64,000 bases of DNA. Origin: Phenylobacterium sp. (GTDB lineage Bacteria; Pseudomonadota; Alphaproteobacteria; Caulobacterales; Caulobacteraceae). The notes beneath the pieces were generated by a model. That model searched no databases. It was given only the letters and a program-made list of their open reading frames with translations, and was not told the origin of the DNA. Shown here one piece after another: positions 6,774-16,119 of the stretch; within the stretch, counting starts at the first letter, position 1, and each line of letters begins with the position of its first letter. A program made the translations under genes and the position numbers. The DNA lies in assembly GCF_035539035.1 (NCBI RefSeq), contig NZ_DATLJI010000013.1, positions 44,743-108,742 on the forward strand, given 5' to 3'.

Positions 6774-9302
6774 CTAGAAGCGGTACTGGACCTCCACGCC
6801 GTAGGTGCGTGGTGGGACGTAGGAGATGGTGCGGTTGACGAAGCCGGTGTTCGGGCCGGTGTTGATCCGGGTGCCGTCGGCGCCGCTCACGCCTTCCTGC
6901 TCGAAGATGTTCTTCACGTAGCCGATGACCGTGAAACGGTCGTCGATGTCGTTCCAGAGCACGCGGGCGTCGGTCTGCTGCCAGCTCTTCGCCTGGTTGT
7001 AGTAGCGGTTGAAGATCGAATAGTAGGTGTCGTCGCGCCACACCCAGGTGAGCGAGCCGGTGAGCGAGCCCGCGGCCATCTCCCGGGTGTAGTTGACGTT
7101 GACCGTCACCCGGTGAGGGGTCGACGACGGTAGCTTGGCGCCCTTCAGGTCCTGGTTCAGCGCACCCGTCGCCGGCAGCGGCGTGGGGTTGCCCGCGAGC
7201 ACGACGCCTTCCTGGATGCCGCGCGGGTCCTCCGGATCCTGGAAGCAGCACGCCTCCCGCAGCTCGGAGTTCAGGTAGGAGTAGTTGGCCAGGATCTGCA
7301 GGTTGTCGATCGGCTGCCAGATCGTCTCCACCTCGAAGCCGACGATCCGCGCCTTCGGCATGTTGAAGAAGCGGGTGACGTTCAGGTCCGTGAGCGGGTC
7401 GCGGCCGGTGATCGGGATCTGGATGTCCTGGTAGTCGTAATAGAAGGCCGAGGCGTTGGCCTGCAGTTGCCCGCCGAAGGTCTTCTTCAGGCCGACCTCG
7501 TAGGCGTCGATCGTCTCTTCCTCGGTGGTGACGTTGGGGGCGAGCGTGGTGGTGCCCGAGTTGAAGCCGCCCGCCTTGTAGCCGCGGGTGTACTTGGCAT
7601 AGGCCAGGGTGTCCGGGTCCGGCTGCCAGTCGAGGCCGAGCGTGCCGGTGACCCCGCTCCAGTTGTTCTTCAGGCCCCGGTGGCGGAGGCCCGTCGTCGG
7701 GTCGGTGTAGGCCGGCAGGTAGACCGACGGGTCACTGCTGGCGCCCGGAGAGGCGACCGCCGTCACGTCTACGGCGCGGCCGGAGACGCGGCTGATCGGG
7801 CAGGTGGCGGTGAACAGGCAGAACAGCCGCGCGCTCTCGAACGACCGCTTGCGGTCGTAGGTGTAGCGCAGGCCGGCGGTCGCCTTCAGGGTCTCCGTGA
7901 CCTGCCAGTCCAGCTGTCCGAACGCGGCATAGGATTCGCTGACGTTCGAGGAGCTGCCGTAGGCGTAGCGGCGGAGCGGATTGGGCGCCGCGGCGACGAG
8001 CTGGGTCGCCGGGTTGGTGGAGAACAGGGTCGGGTTCTCGAAGCGCGGGTCATCTGGGTGCCGCGCGTCCGAGAGCGTGTAGTTGGACCCTTCGCGGAAC
8101 TGGTAAAGGCCGAGCAGCCACTGCATCGCGCCGTCGTGGGTCGAGGCGAAGTTCAGCTCGTTCGAGAACCACCACACCTCTTCCTGATACTGGTTGTGCC
8201 GCCGCGGATAGTAGAGCGGCGATGAGGTGGCGCTGATCGGCAGGTTGAACGGCGCCTGGCGCGAGGTGGCGTCGAGGTCGGTCTGCAGGCGGTAGTCGTA
8301 GTAGGTGTAGCCGCCGATGTACCTCACATCGAAGTTGTCGAGGTGCAGCGTCGCGTTGAGCGCGTAGCCGTTGTTCTCAAGGCTGATGTAGTTGCCGTCG
8401 TCGTTGTTGAAGCAGAACTGACATTCGGTGGCGGCCGTGCCGAGCGGCAGGCCCAGCGTGGCCGAGTTCGGCGTGAGCGCCGCCTGCAGCGGCGAGGTGA
8501 CGTCGCGGATGCCGTAGAGAGCCGTCGTCCGGCCGCCCGGGCCGCGGCCCAGGTTGTGCCACTCGGCGGTGTCGGCCTTCAGCCACCACTCCAGCTTGCC
8601 GTCGCCGAGGCTGCCGTCCAGCTGGCCCTCGATCTGCCACTGGTCGCCGATCCCGCCCTCGTCGCGGCCGTTCGGGTTGAGGTTCTTGAAGTAGCCCTCG
8701 CCCTGCGAGCTGTAGGAGCCGGCCAGCCGGCCGCGGATGTTGCCGACCAGAGGTCCTGAGACCGCGGCTTCGGTGAACCAGTTGTCGTAGTTCGCGAGCC
8801 CGCCCCGCACCTCGGCGTAGAAGTCGTCCGTGGGCCGCTTGGAGATGATGTTGAGGGCGCCGCCGATCGAGTTACGGCCGTAGAGGGTGCCCTGAGGCCC
8901 GCGCAGGGCTTCCGTCCGCTCGATGAACAGGGTGGAACGGGCGAAGGCCGTCACCGACGAGGTGTAGACCCCGTCGTTGTACATGGCCACGCCGCCCTCT
9001 GAGGAGCGGTTGTTGGTGAAGCGGCCGATGCCGCGCATGGCGATGCGGTCGTTGTTCGTCGCGTAGGACAGGCCCGGCGTGAAGTTCGTGAGGTCCTGGA
9101 CCGAGTTGATGCCGATCGTCTCGCGGCGTTCGTCGGTGAAGGCCGAGACGGCGACCGGCACGTCTTGAAGCGACTGCTCGCGCTTCTCGGCGGTGATGAC
9201 CAGCTCCTCAATGGTGTTCGAGGATTGGGCCTGGGCGGCATTGGCGACCAGCGATGCGCCGACAAGCGCGCTCACCGCCAGAAGCTGGCGTTTGAAGACC
9301 AT
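6774..9302 (-). CDS. TonB-dependent outer-membrane receptor
   Basis: Signal peptide MVFKRQLLAVSALVGASLVANAAQAQ. Plug motifs EELVITAEKREQSLQDVPVAVSAF and RGP..TLYGRNSIGGALN. C-terminal YGVEVQYRF. Start moved to the ATG at 9302 (GGAGGAG SD) rather than the track start at 9353. Confidence 0.9.
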   Translation of the reverse strand: MVFKRQLLAVSALVGASLVANAAQAQSSNTIEELVITAEKREQSLQDVPVAVSAFTDERRETIGINSVQDLTNFTPGLSYATNNDRIAMRGIGRFTNNRSSEGGVAMYNDGVYTSSVTAFARSTLFIERTEALRGPQGTLYGRNSIGGALNIISKRPTDDFYAEVRGGLANYDNWFTEAAVSGPLVGNIRGRLAGSYSSQGEGYFKNLNPNGRDEGGIGDQWQIEGQLDGSLGDGKLEWWLKADTAEWHNLGRGPGGRTTALYGIRDVTSPLQAALTPNSATLGLPLGTAATECQFCFNNDDGNYISLENNGYALNATLHLDNFDVRYIGGYTYYDYRLQTDLDATSRQAPFNLPISATSSPLYYPRRHNQYQEEVWWFSNELNFASTHDGAMQWLLGLYQFREGSNYTLSDARHPDDPRFENPTLFSTNPATQLVAAAPNPLRRYAYGSSSNVSESYAAFGQLDWQVTETLKATAGLRYTYDRKRSFESARLFCLFTATCPISRVSGRAVDVTAVASPGASSDPSVYLPAYTDPTTGLRHRGLKNNWSGVTGTLGLDWQPDPDTLAYAKYTRGYKAGGFNSGTTTLAPNVTTEEETIDAYEVGLKKTFGGQLQANASAFYYDYQDIQIPITGRDPLTDLNVTRFFNMPKARIVGFEVETIWQPIDNLQILANYSYLNSELREACCFQDPEDPRGIQEGVVLAGNPTPLPATGALNQDLKGAKLPSSTPHRVTVNVNYTREMAAGSLTGSLTWVWRDDTYYSIFNRYYNQAKSWQQTDARVLWNDIDDRFTVIGYVKNIFEQEGVSGADGTRINTGPNTGFVNRTISYVPPRTYGVEVQYRF

Positions 9303-9358
9303 GTTCTCCTCCCCCGGAGTCAGTTCTGAGTTGGCGCTATTGGCTGCGCTCAAGCGTG

Positions 9359-9388
9359 ACGGTGCGTCGCGCAGGACGCTGCGTCAAC
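9359..9388 (-). promoter_or_regulatory. promoter-like bipartite motif GTTGACG-N15-CGCACCGT upstream of the TonB-dependent receptor
   Basis: Minus-strand reading 9388->9359 is GTTGACG CAGCGTCCTGCGCGA CGCACCGT, 57 nt upstream of the ATG at 9302. Confidence 0.5.
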
Positions 9389-9428
9389 CGCTTCCGGAGG
9401 ATTCTCGTACCTCCTGTTCGAATTATTC

Positions 9429-9442
9429 TGACGTAGACGTCA
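9429..9442. promoter_or_regulatory. palindrome TGACGT-AG-ACGTCA upstream of the receptor promoter (candidate activator/repressor site)
   Basis: Perfect 6+6 inverted repeat in the only AT-rich patch of the spacer (aattattcTGACGTAGACGTCAcaaag), about 40-55 nt upstream of the TTGACG box. Confidence 0.3.
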
Positions 9443-9556
9443 CAAAGATGTCGCCGTTGGTCCCTGTGGCCGAGGGCGTTTTCCCGAGGGAAACAGGCGG
9501 GATCCCGCTTCGAAACTGCGGTGTGGGGTCCGCCGACTGTTTCAGGACCGAAGCGT

Positions 9557-10546
9557 CTAGTCGGCGAGGAGTACGACCTTGCCCACGTGGCTTCCGCCTT
9601 CCAGGTGCGCATGCGCTTTTGAGGCCTCGGTCAGCCGGAAGGTGGCGTCCACCGGCGGGGCCACGCGGCCCGCAGCGACCCACGGCCAGACCACCCGCTC
9701 GACCTCCGCGGCGAGGCGCGCCTTCTCGTCGGCGTCCCGCGGGCGGAGCGTCGAGCCGGTGACCACCGCCCGCTTCTGCATCAGCCGGAAGATCGGCAGG
9801 GCGACCTCGCCGCCGCCCTGGGCTGCGATGAAGACGATCCGGCCGCCGGTCTTCAGGGCGTCGAGCTCGCGGGCGAAGTAGTCGCCGCCGACCATGTCGA
9901 GGACCACGTCCACGCCGCCCTCGGCCTTGGCGACCTCGGCGAAGTCCCGGGCGGTGGCGTCGACGGCGACGTCGGCTCCCAGATCCAGGGCTTTCGCCGC
10001 CTTGTCCGCGCCGCGCGCGGTAGCGATCACCTTCGCCCCGGCGGACTTGGCCATCTGGATGGCGGTGACGCCGATGCCCGACGTGGCCCCGTGGACCATC
10101 AGGGTCTCGCCGGCTTTCAGGCCTCCGTGCTCGAAGACGTTGGCGTAGACGGTGAAGACGGTCTCCGGCAGGCCGGCGGCCTGCACGAAGTCGAGGCCCT
10201 GCGGTATCGGCAGGGCGTGGCGGGCGTCGACCGCGGCGTATTCCGCATAGCCGCCGCCGCCCAGCAGGGCGCAGACCCGGTCGCCCGCCCGCCAGCGGCC
10301 GGCGGCCTCGACCACCTCGCCGGCGATCTCCAGGCCCAGCGTCTCCGGCGCGCCCGGCGGCGGCGGATAGGCGCCCAGCCGCTGGACGATGTCGGGCCGG
10401 TTCACGCCGGCCGCGCGCACCCGCACGAGGATTTGGCCGGGGCCGGGCGTCGGTCGCGGAATCCGTACCGTTTTCAGCGCCTCCGCCGGTCCGCGGCCGC
10501 CCTCGACGGCGATGGCGGTCATGGTCTCGCCGTTCGATTGTGACAT
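9557..10546 (-). CDS. NAD(P)H:quinone oxidoreductase (zinc-independent MDR/PIG3-type)
   Basis: Motifs ILVRVRAAGVNRPDIVQRLGAYPPPPGAPETLGLEIAGEV and HGATSGIGVTAIQMAK. Start chosen at the ATG at 10546 (GGAG 9 nt upstream); the ATG at 10522 is also possible. Track start 10636 is unlikely. Confidence 0.8.
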   Translation of the reverse strand: MSQSNGETMTAIAVEGGRGPAEALKTVRIPRPTPGPGQILVRVRAAGVNRPDIVQRLGAYPPPPGAPETLGLEIAGEVVEAAGRWRAGDRVCALLGGGGYAEYAAVDARHALPIPQGLDFVQAAGLPETVFTVYANVFEHGGLKAGETLMVHGATSGIGVTAIQMAKSAGAKVIATARGADKAAKALDLGADVAVDATARDFAEVAKAEGGVDVVLDMVGGDYFARELDALKTGGRIVFIAAQGGGEVALPIFRLMQKRAVVTGSTLRPRDADEKARLAAEVERVVWPWVAAGRVAPPVDATFRLTEASKAHAHLEGGSHVGKVVLLAD

Positions 10547-10636
10547 GGGTGTGTCTCCGCCGATCTTGCGCGCAAGCGCCTTGCGAGGTTGGATAGCGCC
10601 CGAGCGGGGGCCGGCAAAGGAGGCTCGCGAAAGCAA

Positions 10637-10843
10637 ATGGAAGAACCGGCGGAAGTTCGGATCAGCCGCGGCCAGCGGCTGCTGGAAGCGGTTCGAGAGG
10701 ATCTCGACCTGTTCGGCGTGGCTGAGCTCGAGGAGCGGATCGAGGTCCTGCAGTCGGAGATCGCCCGCGTCCGCGCGCAGATCGACCGCAAGCGGGCGGG
10801 CCGCGCGGCGGCCGATGCGCTCTTTTCGTCGCGGTCCGCTTGA
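10637..10843 (+). CDS. DUF1192 family small coiled-coil protein
   Basis: MEEPAEVRISRGQRLLEAVREDLDLFGVAELEERIEVLQSEIARVRAQIDRKRAGRAAADALF matches the alphaproteobacterial DUF1192 pattern (L..LSV.ELEERI..L..EI.R...). Confidence 0.6.
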   Translation: MEEPAEVRISRGQRLLEAVREDLDLFGVAELEERIEVLQSEIARVRAQIDRKRAGRAAADALFSSRSA

Positions 10844-10940
10844 GCCGGATTTGCGCTAGGATCTGGCACAGCGGTTGCACGCAGGCCGCAGAGCCGCCGG
10901 GCGAGTCCAACGGCGGGAAAGCTTAGGGCGACAAGAAAAG

Positions 10941-11450
10941 ATGAGCGACATGACCGCCCCCTGGCGCAGCGACGTGATCCAGGACTTCGCGCGCTCGGAG
11001 CTGTTCGAGCGCACCTTCCAGGAAGGCATGGACCTGGTGGAGGAGACGGCCGCCTATCTCGACGGGGCCGGCCGCCAGGAATCCAAGCTCCTGTCCCGGA
11101 ATGCGGCGCTGGCCTATGCGTCGGAGAGCATGCGGCTGACCACGCGGCTGATGCAGGTGGCCTCGTGGCTCCTGGTGCAGCGGGCGGTGCGCGAGGGCGA
11201 CATGGCGCCGGACGCGGCCTGCGAGGACCGCTACCGGCTGGCCGCCGAGGAGGTCTGCCGTGGCGGCGAGGAGGTCTCGGCCGAGGATCTGCCGGCCGGC
11301 CTCATGCTGCTCCTGGACCGCTCCGAGCGGCTCTATGAGCGCGTGCGCCACCTCGACCGGCGGATGTATGTCGAAGGGGCCGTGGACCAGGCGCCGCACC
11401 CCGTGCTCTCGCAGCTCGATCGGCTGAAGACGGCGCTCGGCGCGTTCTAA
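10941..11450 (+). CDS. rcdA: DUF1465 family protein, regulator of CtrA degradation (RcdA-like)
   Basis: The protein is 169 aa. MSDMTAPWRSDVIQDFARSELFERTFQEGMDLVEETAAYLDG...LLSRNAALAYASESMRLTTRLMQVASWLLVQRAV is typical of the DUF1465/RcdA family. ATG at 10941. Confidence 0.65.
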   Translation: MSDMTAPWRSDVIQDFARSELFERTFQEGMDLVEETAAYLDGAGRQESKLLSRNAALAYASESMRLTTRLMQVASWLLVQRAVREGDMAPDAACEDRYRLAAEEVCRGGEEVSAEDLPAGLMLLLDRSERLYERVRHLDRRMYVEGAVDQAPHPVLSQLDRLKTALGAF

Positions 11451-11465
11451 GGCTCAGGAGGCCAG

Positions 11466-11511
11466 GCAAAAAGAAGACGCCGCGGAGGAGACTCCGCGGC
11501 GTTCTTTTTGC
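11466..11511. terminator. bidirectional intrinsic terminator between rcdA-like gene and rpmE
   Basis: gcAAAAAGAAG-ACGCCGCGGAG-gaga-CTCCGCGGCGT-TCTTTTTGc: an 11-bp perfect stem with an A-tract on one side and a T-tract on the other. Confidence 0.8.
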
Positions 11512-11557
11512 CTGCAGTGGATCCCGACTTTCGCCGGGATGACCCGCCTGCGGCGGG

Positions 11558-11782
11558 TCACTTGCGGGTGAAGGCGCCGAACTTGGCGTTGAAGCGCGAC
11601 ACGCGACCGCCCCGGTCCAGCATCTGGTGACCGCCGCCCGTCCACGCCGGGTGGGTCTTCGGGTCGATGTCCAGGTTCAGGGTCGCGCCTTCCTTCCCGT
11701 AGGTCGAACGGGTCTGGTAGGTGGTGCCATCGGTCATCACCACGGTGATGAAGTGGTAGTCCGGGTGAGTGTCTTGTTTCAT
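11558..11782 (-). CDS. rpmE: 50S ribosomal protein L31 (Cys-less form)
   Basis: [74 protein letters not shown], 74 aa. It forms the C-terminal part of artefactual track ORF 11558..13105. Confidence 0.9.
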   Translation of the reverse strand: MKQDTHPDYHFITVVMTDGTTYQTRSTYGKEGATLNLDIDPKTHPAWTGGGHQMLDRGGRVSRFNAKFGAFTRK

Positions 11783-11902
11783 CGCGCGGGCGCCTGACGT
11801 AAAGGAGCGGCCAAAGTGAGAAGGCCGCCCGCGAAGGCGGCCTGCAAAAGGAAGCCGGGCGTATACCCGAAAGCCCGGCCGGATTGCAAGGTGTGAGCGC
11901 GT

Positions 11903-13756
11903 ATGAGCGACCAGACGTCCGAGGCCCAGGCTGAGGGCCGGCCCAGCGTCGGCGCCGAACTCGCCCAGAGCCTCGCGACCGAGGGCCAGCGGCGGGGCAA
12001 GAGCCGCAACGTCCGCGCGCTCGGCCGGCTCATCCCCTTCGCCCGCGCCCACCTGACCGACGCCCTCCTTGCCCTGGTGTTCCTGGTCTTCACCGCCTCG
12101 GCGACCCTGGGGATTTCCGGCGCCCTGCGGCTGCTGGTGGACCACCTCACGGGCCAGGGCGGCGAGGCCCCGACCGTGCGGTCCGTCGCACCCTGGTTCT
12201 GGCTGCTGAGCAGCGTGGCCGTGGCGCTCGCGGTGGGCAGCGCGCTGCGCTACTTCTTTGTCACCAAGCTCGGCGAGCGGATCGTCGCCGATCTCAGGAA
12301 GGCGGTTTACCGCCACATCCTGACGCTGGACCCGGCCTTCTTCCTGCAGACCCGCACGGGCGAGGTGCTGTCGCGCCTGACCACCGACGTCCAGATCGTC
12401 GAGAACCTGCTCGCCACCTCGATCTCGTTCGCGCTGCGCAACCTGCTGACCCTGGTGGGCGCGCTGGTGCTGCTGGTGATCGTCAGCCCGCAGCTCACCG
12501 GCCTCGTGCTGCTGGTCTTCCCGGTGGTGCTGGCGCCGCTGTTCCTGTTCGGCCGTCAGGTGCGCAAGCTGACCACCAGCGCCCAGGACAAGTTCGCCGC
12601 CGCCGTGGGCTTCGCTGGCGAGAGCCTGGACGCGCTGGAGACCGTGCAGGCGTTCGGGCGCGAGCGCACGGCGGCCGAGCGGTTCGGCGCGGCGGTGGAG
12701 GATAGCTTCGCCACCTCGCTGACCCGGATGCGGGCCCGCGCCCTGATGACCGCCATGGTCATCGCGCTGGTGTTCGGCGGGATCGTGTTCGTCTTCTGGC
12801 TGGCCGTAGGCGCGGGCCTTCGCGGCGAGATGAGCTGGGGCCAGCTCTTCCAGTTCGCCTTCCTGGCGGTGATGGCGGGCAGCTCCGTGGGCGCGCTGGG
12901 CGAGGTCTGGGGCGAGGTGCAGAAGGCGGCCGGCGCCATGGAGCGGATCGCCGGCCTGCTGGACGCCCGGCCCGGCATCGCGCCGCCGGCCAAGCCCGTG
13001 CCCCTGCCCCGGCCACGCGGAGACGTCGCCTTCGAAGCGGTGACCTTCGCGTACCCGGGCCGGCCGGACCTGCCGGCGCTGAAGGGCTTTTCCCTCCACG
13101 TACACCCGGGCGAGCGGGTGGCGCTGGTGGGGCCGTCGGGATCGGGCAAGACCACGGTCTTCCGCCTGTTGCTGCGCTTCTACGATCCGCAGGCGGGTCG
13201 GGTGGTGCTGGACGGGGTCGATCTTCGCGACGCGGACCCGGCCGAGGTGCGGGCCAGGCTGGCGCTGGTCGCCCAGGACTCGGCGCTGTTCTCCGGCTCG
13301 GCGGCCGAGAACGTGCGCTTCGGGCGCGAGGACGCGAGCCCGGAGGCCATCCTCGCCGCGGTCCGCGCCGCCCAGGCGGAGAGCTTCCTGGAGGCCCTGC
13401 CGCAGGGCCTGGACACCCCGGTGGGCGAGCGGGCGCGGGGCCTATCCGGCGGCCAGCGCCAGCGGCTGGCGATCGCCCGGGCCCTGGTGCGCGAGGCGCC
13501 GGTCCTTCTGCTCGACGAGGCCACCAGCGCCCTGGACGCCGAGAACGAGCGGCTGGTGCAGGAAGCCCTCGACCGGGCCATGGAGGGCCGCACGACCCTG
13601 GTCATCGCCCACCGGCTGGCCACCGTGCTCAAGGCCGACCGCATCGTGGTCATGGAGGAGGGCCGGGTGGTGGAGGAGGGGACCCACCACGACCTGGTGG
13701 CGAAGGGCGGCCTCTATGCGCGCTTGGCGGCCCTGCAGTTCGGGGAAGCCGCCTAG
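11903..13756 (+). CDS. ABC transporter, fused permease/ATPase (ABCB/MsbA-like exporter)
   Basis: 617 aa with six N-terminal TM segments. Walker [10 protein letters not shown], signature [15 protein letters not shown], Walker [13 protein letters not shown]. Confidence 0.85.
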   Translation: MSDQTSEAQAEGRPSVGAELAQSLATEGQRRGKSRNVRALGRLIPFARAHLTDALLALVFLVFTASATLGISGALRLLVDHLTGQGGEAPTVRSVAPWFWLLSSVAVALAVGSALRYFFVTKLGERIVADLRKAVYRHILTLDPAFFLQTRTGEVLSRLTTDVQIVENLLATSISFALRNLLTLVGALVLLVIVSPQLTGLVLLVFPVVLAPLFLFGRQVRKLTTSAQDKFAAAVGFAGESLDALETVQAFGRERTAAERFGAAVEDSFATSLTRMRARALMTAMVIALVFGGIVFVFWLAVGAGLRGEMSWGQLFQFAFLAVMAGSSVGALGEVWGEVQKAAGAMERIAGLLDARPGIAPPAKPVPLPRPRGDVAFEAVTFAYPGRPDLPALKGFSLHVHPGERVALVGPSGSGKTTVFRLLLRFYDPQAGRVVLDGVDLRDADPAEVRARLALVAQDSALFSGSAAENVRFGREDASPEAILAAVRAAQAESFLEALPQGLDTPVGERARGLSGGQRQRLAIARALVREAPVLLLDEATSALDAENERLVQEALDRAMEGRTTLVIAHRLATVLKADRIVVMEEGRVVEEGTHHDLVAKGGLYARLAALQFGEAA

Positions 13757-14811
13757 CCGCAGCGCACGTGGAAGCGCGCCTTGGCGGCCAGGCCGGGGAA
13801 GTCGGAGAACACCCCGTCCACGCTCGCGCACTGCAGGGCGTCGAACACCGCCTCAGCATCACCGTGGTCGCCCGGCGAGGTCCCTCTACGCAGCTTGGCG
13901 GGCAGGAAATTGTTCTCCGCCCGCACCGTCCAGGGGTGGACCTGCAGGCCGGCGGCGTGCGCCCAGCCGACCAGGGGCGTGGGCGGGCCGAGCGCGCCGT
14001 CCGCCACCGGCACGACCAGCGGCCATTCCGGCCCAAGGCCATCGGCGAAGGCGGCGATGGCCTTCACGCCCGCCTCGCTCGTCACGTCGACGGGCGCGGG
14101 CCCCTGGGCCACCAGCATCACGCGCCGGGCCTTCGACAGCGCCATGAAGCGCTTCAGCGGCTCCACCTCGAAGCACTGGACGAACACGGGCGCGGTGCGG
14201 CTGTCGAGGCCGTTGGCCTTCAGGGCCTCGGCCAGGCGTTCCTCGAGCGGCAGGCCGATCCCGCGGAAGTAGGCCGGGTGCTTCATCTCGGGGTAGGTGC
14301 CGATGGTCCGCTTCAGTCGGCGGCTCTCGGTCTTCGCCAGGTCCACGACCTCCTGGTAGGTGGGGATGGCCTCCTGGCCGTCGAAGGCGGCGCTGGCGGG
14401 GCGCAGGTGCGGCAGGCGCTCGCGGGCGCGCAGCGTCTTCAGCTCGGCGAGGGTGAAGTCCTCGGTGAACCAGCCTGCGACCTTCTCGCCGTCGATCACC
14501 TTCTCCGCGCGGCGGGCCGCGAACTCGGGGCGGCGGGCCACGTCGGTCGTGCCGGAGATCTCGTTCTCGTGGCGGGCGACGAGGTGGCCGTCCTTCGTGG
14601 ACACGAGGTCCGGCTCGATGAAGTCCGCGCCCTGGGCGATCGCCAGGCGGTAGGCGGACAGGGTGTGCTCGGGGCGCTCGCCGCTCGCCCCGCGGTGGGC
14701 GATCACCAGCGGCCGGCGCCCCATGCGGGCGGCGGCGGGCGTGGCGGCGAGGACGGCGGCGGAGGCGGCGAAGGCGCGGCGGGTGAGGCTCATGCCCGCC
14801 AGCTTAGCCAT
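13753..14811 (-). CDS. glycerophosphodiester phosphodiesterase family protein, exported
   Basis: Tat/Sec-like leader MSLTRRAFAASAAVLAATPAAA, then VIAHRGASGERPEHTLSAYRLAIAQGADFIEPDLVSTKDGHLVARHENE (GDPD domain). Alternative start is the ATG at 14793. Confidence 0.8.
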   Translation of the reverse strand: MAKLAGMSLTRRAFAASAAVLAATPAAARMGRRPLVIAHRGASGERPEHTLSAYRLAIAQGADFIEPDLVSTKDGHLVARHENEISGTTDVARRPEFAARRAEKVIDGEKVAGWFTEDFTLAELKTLRARERLPHLRPASAAFDGQEAIPTYQEVVDLAKTESRRLKRTIGTYPEMKHPAYFRGIGLPLEERLAEALKANGLDSRTAPVFVQCFEVEPLKRFMALSKARRVMLVAQGPAPVDVTSEAGVKAIAAFADGLGPEWPLVVPVADGALGPPTPLVGWAHAAGLQVHPWTVRAENNFLPAKLRRGTSPGDHGDAEAVFDALQCASVDGVFSDFPGLAAKARFHVRCG

Positions 14812-14827
14812 TCCTGTGACGGTTTCG

Positions 14828-15622
14828 CTATTTCGCGGCCTGCAGGCGGGCCAGCAGCAGCGGATGAATGTCGAGGTTGCCGCAGCAGACCGAGCCGGCC
14901 GCCAGGACGTCGTCGTCCCCGTCGGCCGAGGTGATCTTGCCGCCCGCCTCGGTGACCATCAGCACGCCCGCGGCGATGTCCCAGGGCTTCAGGTCGCGCT
15001 CCCAGTAGCCGTCGTAGCGGCCGGCCGCGACCCAGGCGAGGTCCAGGGCGGCCGAGCCGAAGCGGCGGACGCCCGCGACCCGCTGGCTGACCTGGTGCAG
15101 CTCCTTGAGGAACTTCGCGTGCTGGCCGTGGCCGAGGAACGGGATGCCGGTGGCCAGCACCGACTCGTCCAGCCGGGTGCGCGCCGCGACCCGCAGGCGA
15201 TGGTCGTTGAGGTAGCAGCCCTTGCCCTTCTCGGCCCAGAAGGTCTCGTTGGTCACTGGGTTGTGGGTCAGCGCCGCCACGATCACGCCCTCGCGCTGCA
15301 GGGCGATGTTGATCGCGAAGTGCGGGATGGCGTGCAGGAAGTTGGTGGTGCCGTCGAGCGGGTCGACGATCCAGGTGTGGGTCTTGTCCGTGCCCTCGAT
15401 CATCCCGCGCTCCTCCGCCAGGAAGCCGTAGCCGGGACGCGCCTTGGTCAGCGCCTCGAACAGCACCTGCTCGGCCTTCAGGTCGGCGGCGGAGACGAAG
15501 TCGGCGGGCGCCTTCTTGGCCACCTGGAGCTCGGCGAGCTCGCCGAAGTCGCGGTTGAGGCCGCGGGCCGCCTTGCGCGCGGCGTCGCTCATGACCTTCA
15601 GAAGGGCCGATTGGGAAATCAC
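14828..15622 (-). CDS. suhB: inositol monophosphatase family protein
   Basis: Motifs FLAEERG and WIVDPLDGTTNFLHAIPHF. GTG start. Confidence 0.85.
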   Translation of the reverse strand: MISQSALLKVMSDAARKAARGLNRDFGELAELQVAKKAPADFVSAADLKAEQVLFEALTKARPGYGFLAEERGMIEGTDKTHTWIVDPLDGTTNFLHAIPHFAINIALQREGVIVAALTHNPVTNETFWAEKGKGCYLNDHRLRVAARTRLDESVLATGIPFLGHGQHAKFLKELHQVSQRVAGVRRFGSAALDLAWVAAGRYDGYWERDLKPWDIAAGVLMVTEAGGKITSADGDDDVLAAGSVCCGNLDIHPLLLARLQAAK

Positions 15623-15708
15623 GGTGTGAAAGATCTCGGAGGCGATAGAGGGCGCGGAACCTAGTGGCGAGGGTCGCCCAAGGCAAGGCGCGTCGCTATC
15701 GTCCCCTC

Positions 15709-16119
15709 ATGAACGAAGTCGTGACACGCGAGGCGACCTGCGCCTGCGGGGACCTGAGGGCGACGCTCGCGGGCGAGCCGCTGATGGTCTCGAGCTGTTG
15801 CTGCACCCGCTGCCAGCGCCGCACCGGGGCCTTCTTCGGGGTCACCGTCTACTACCGGCCCCGCCAGATGACGGCGCAGTCCGGGACGGCGGCGACCTTC
15901 CATCCGCCGGACGGCTCGACCACCTTCCACTTCTGCCCGCGGTGCGGGTCGAGCGTCTGGTGGGTCCCGGAAGAGGAGGACGACGTGATCGGCGTGGCCG
16001 GCGGCTGTTTCGCCGACACCAGCCTGCCTGCGCCCCAGCGGATGGTCTGGACCGAGCACCGGCACCCCTATGTGCGCCCGCCGCCCGGCGTGCCGACCTT
16101 CACGGGCGCGCCGGACTAG
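15709..16119 (+). CDS. GFA (glutathione-dependent formaldehyde-activating / CENP-V-like) family protein
   Basis: Cys pattern CACGDL...[12 protein letters not shown]...[13 protein letters not shown]. Start taken at the ATG at 15709 (MNEVVTRE). Confidence 0.7.
   Translation: MNEVVTREATCACGDLRATLAGEPLMVSSCCCTRCQRRTGAFFGVTVYYRPRQMTAQSGTAATFHPPDGSTTFHFCPRCGSSVWWVPEEEDDVIGVAGGCFADTSLPAPQRMVWTEHRHPYVRPPPGVPTFTGAPD

Noticed and set aside
9395-9425. A tRNA-like T-loop word (cctccTGTTCGAAtt) in the TBDR upstream spacer.
   Set aside because: There is no closing T-stem, acceptor stem or anticodon arm around it. It is an isolated GTTCGAA match.
11783-13105. The upstream part of track ORF 11558..13105 (minus), fused to rpmE.
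   Set aside because: It is antisense to the ABC exporter. Only the 74-codon L31 frame at the 3' end is genuine.
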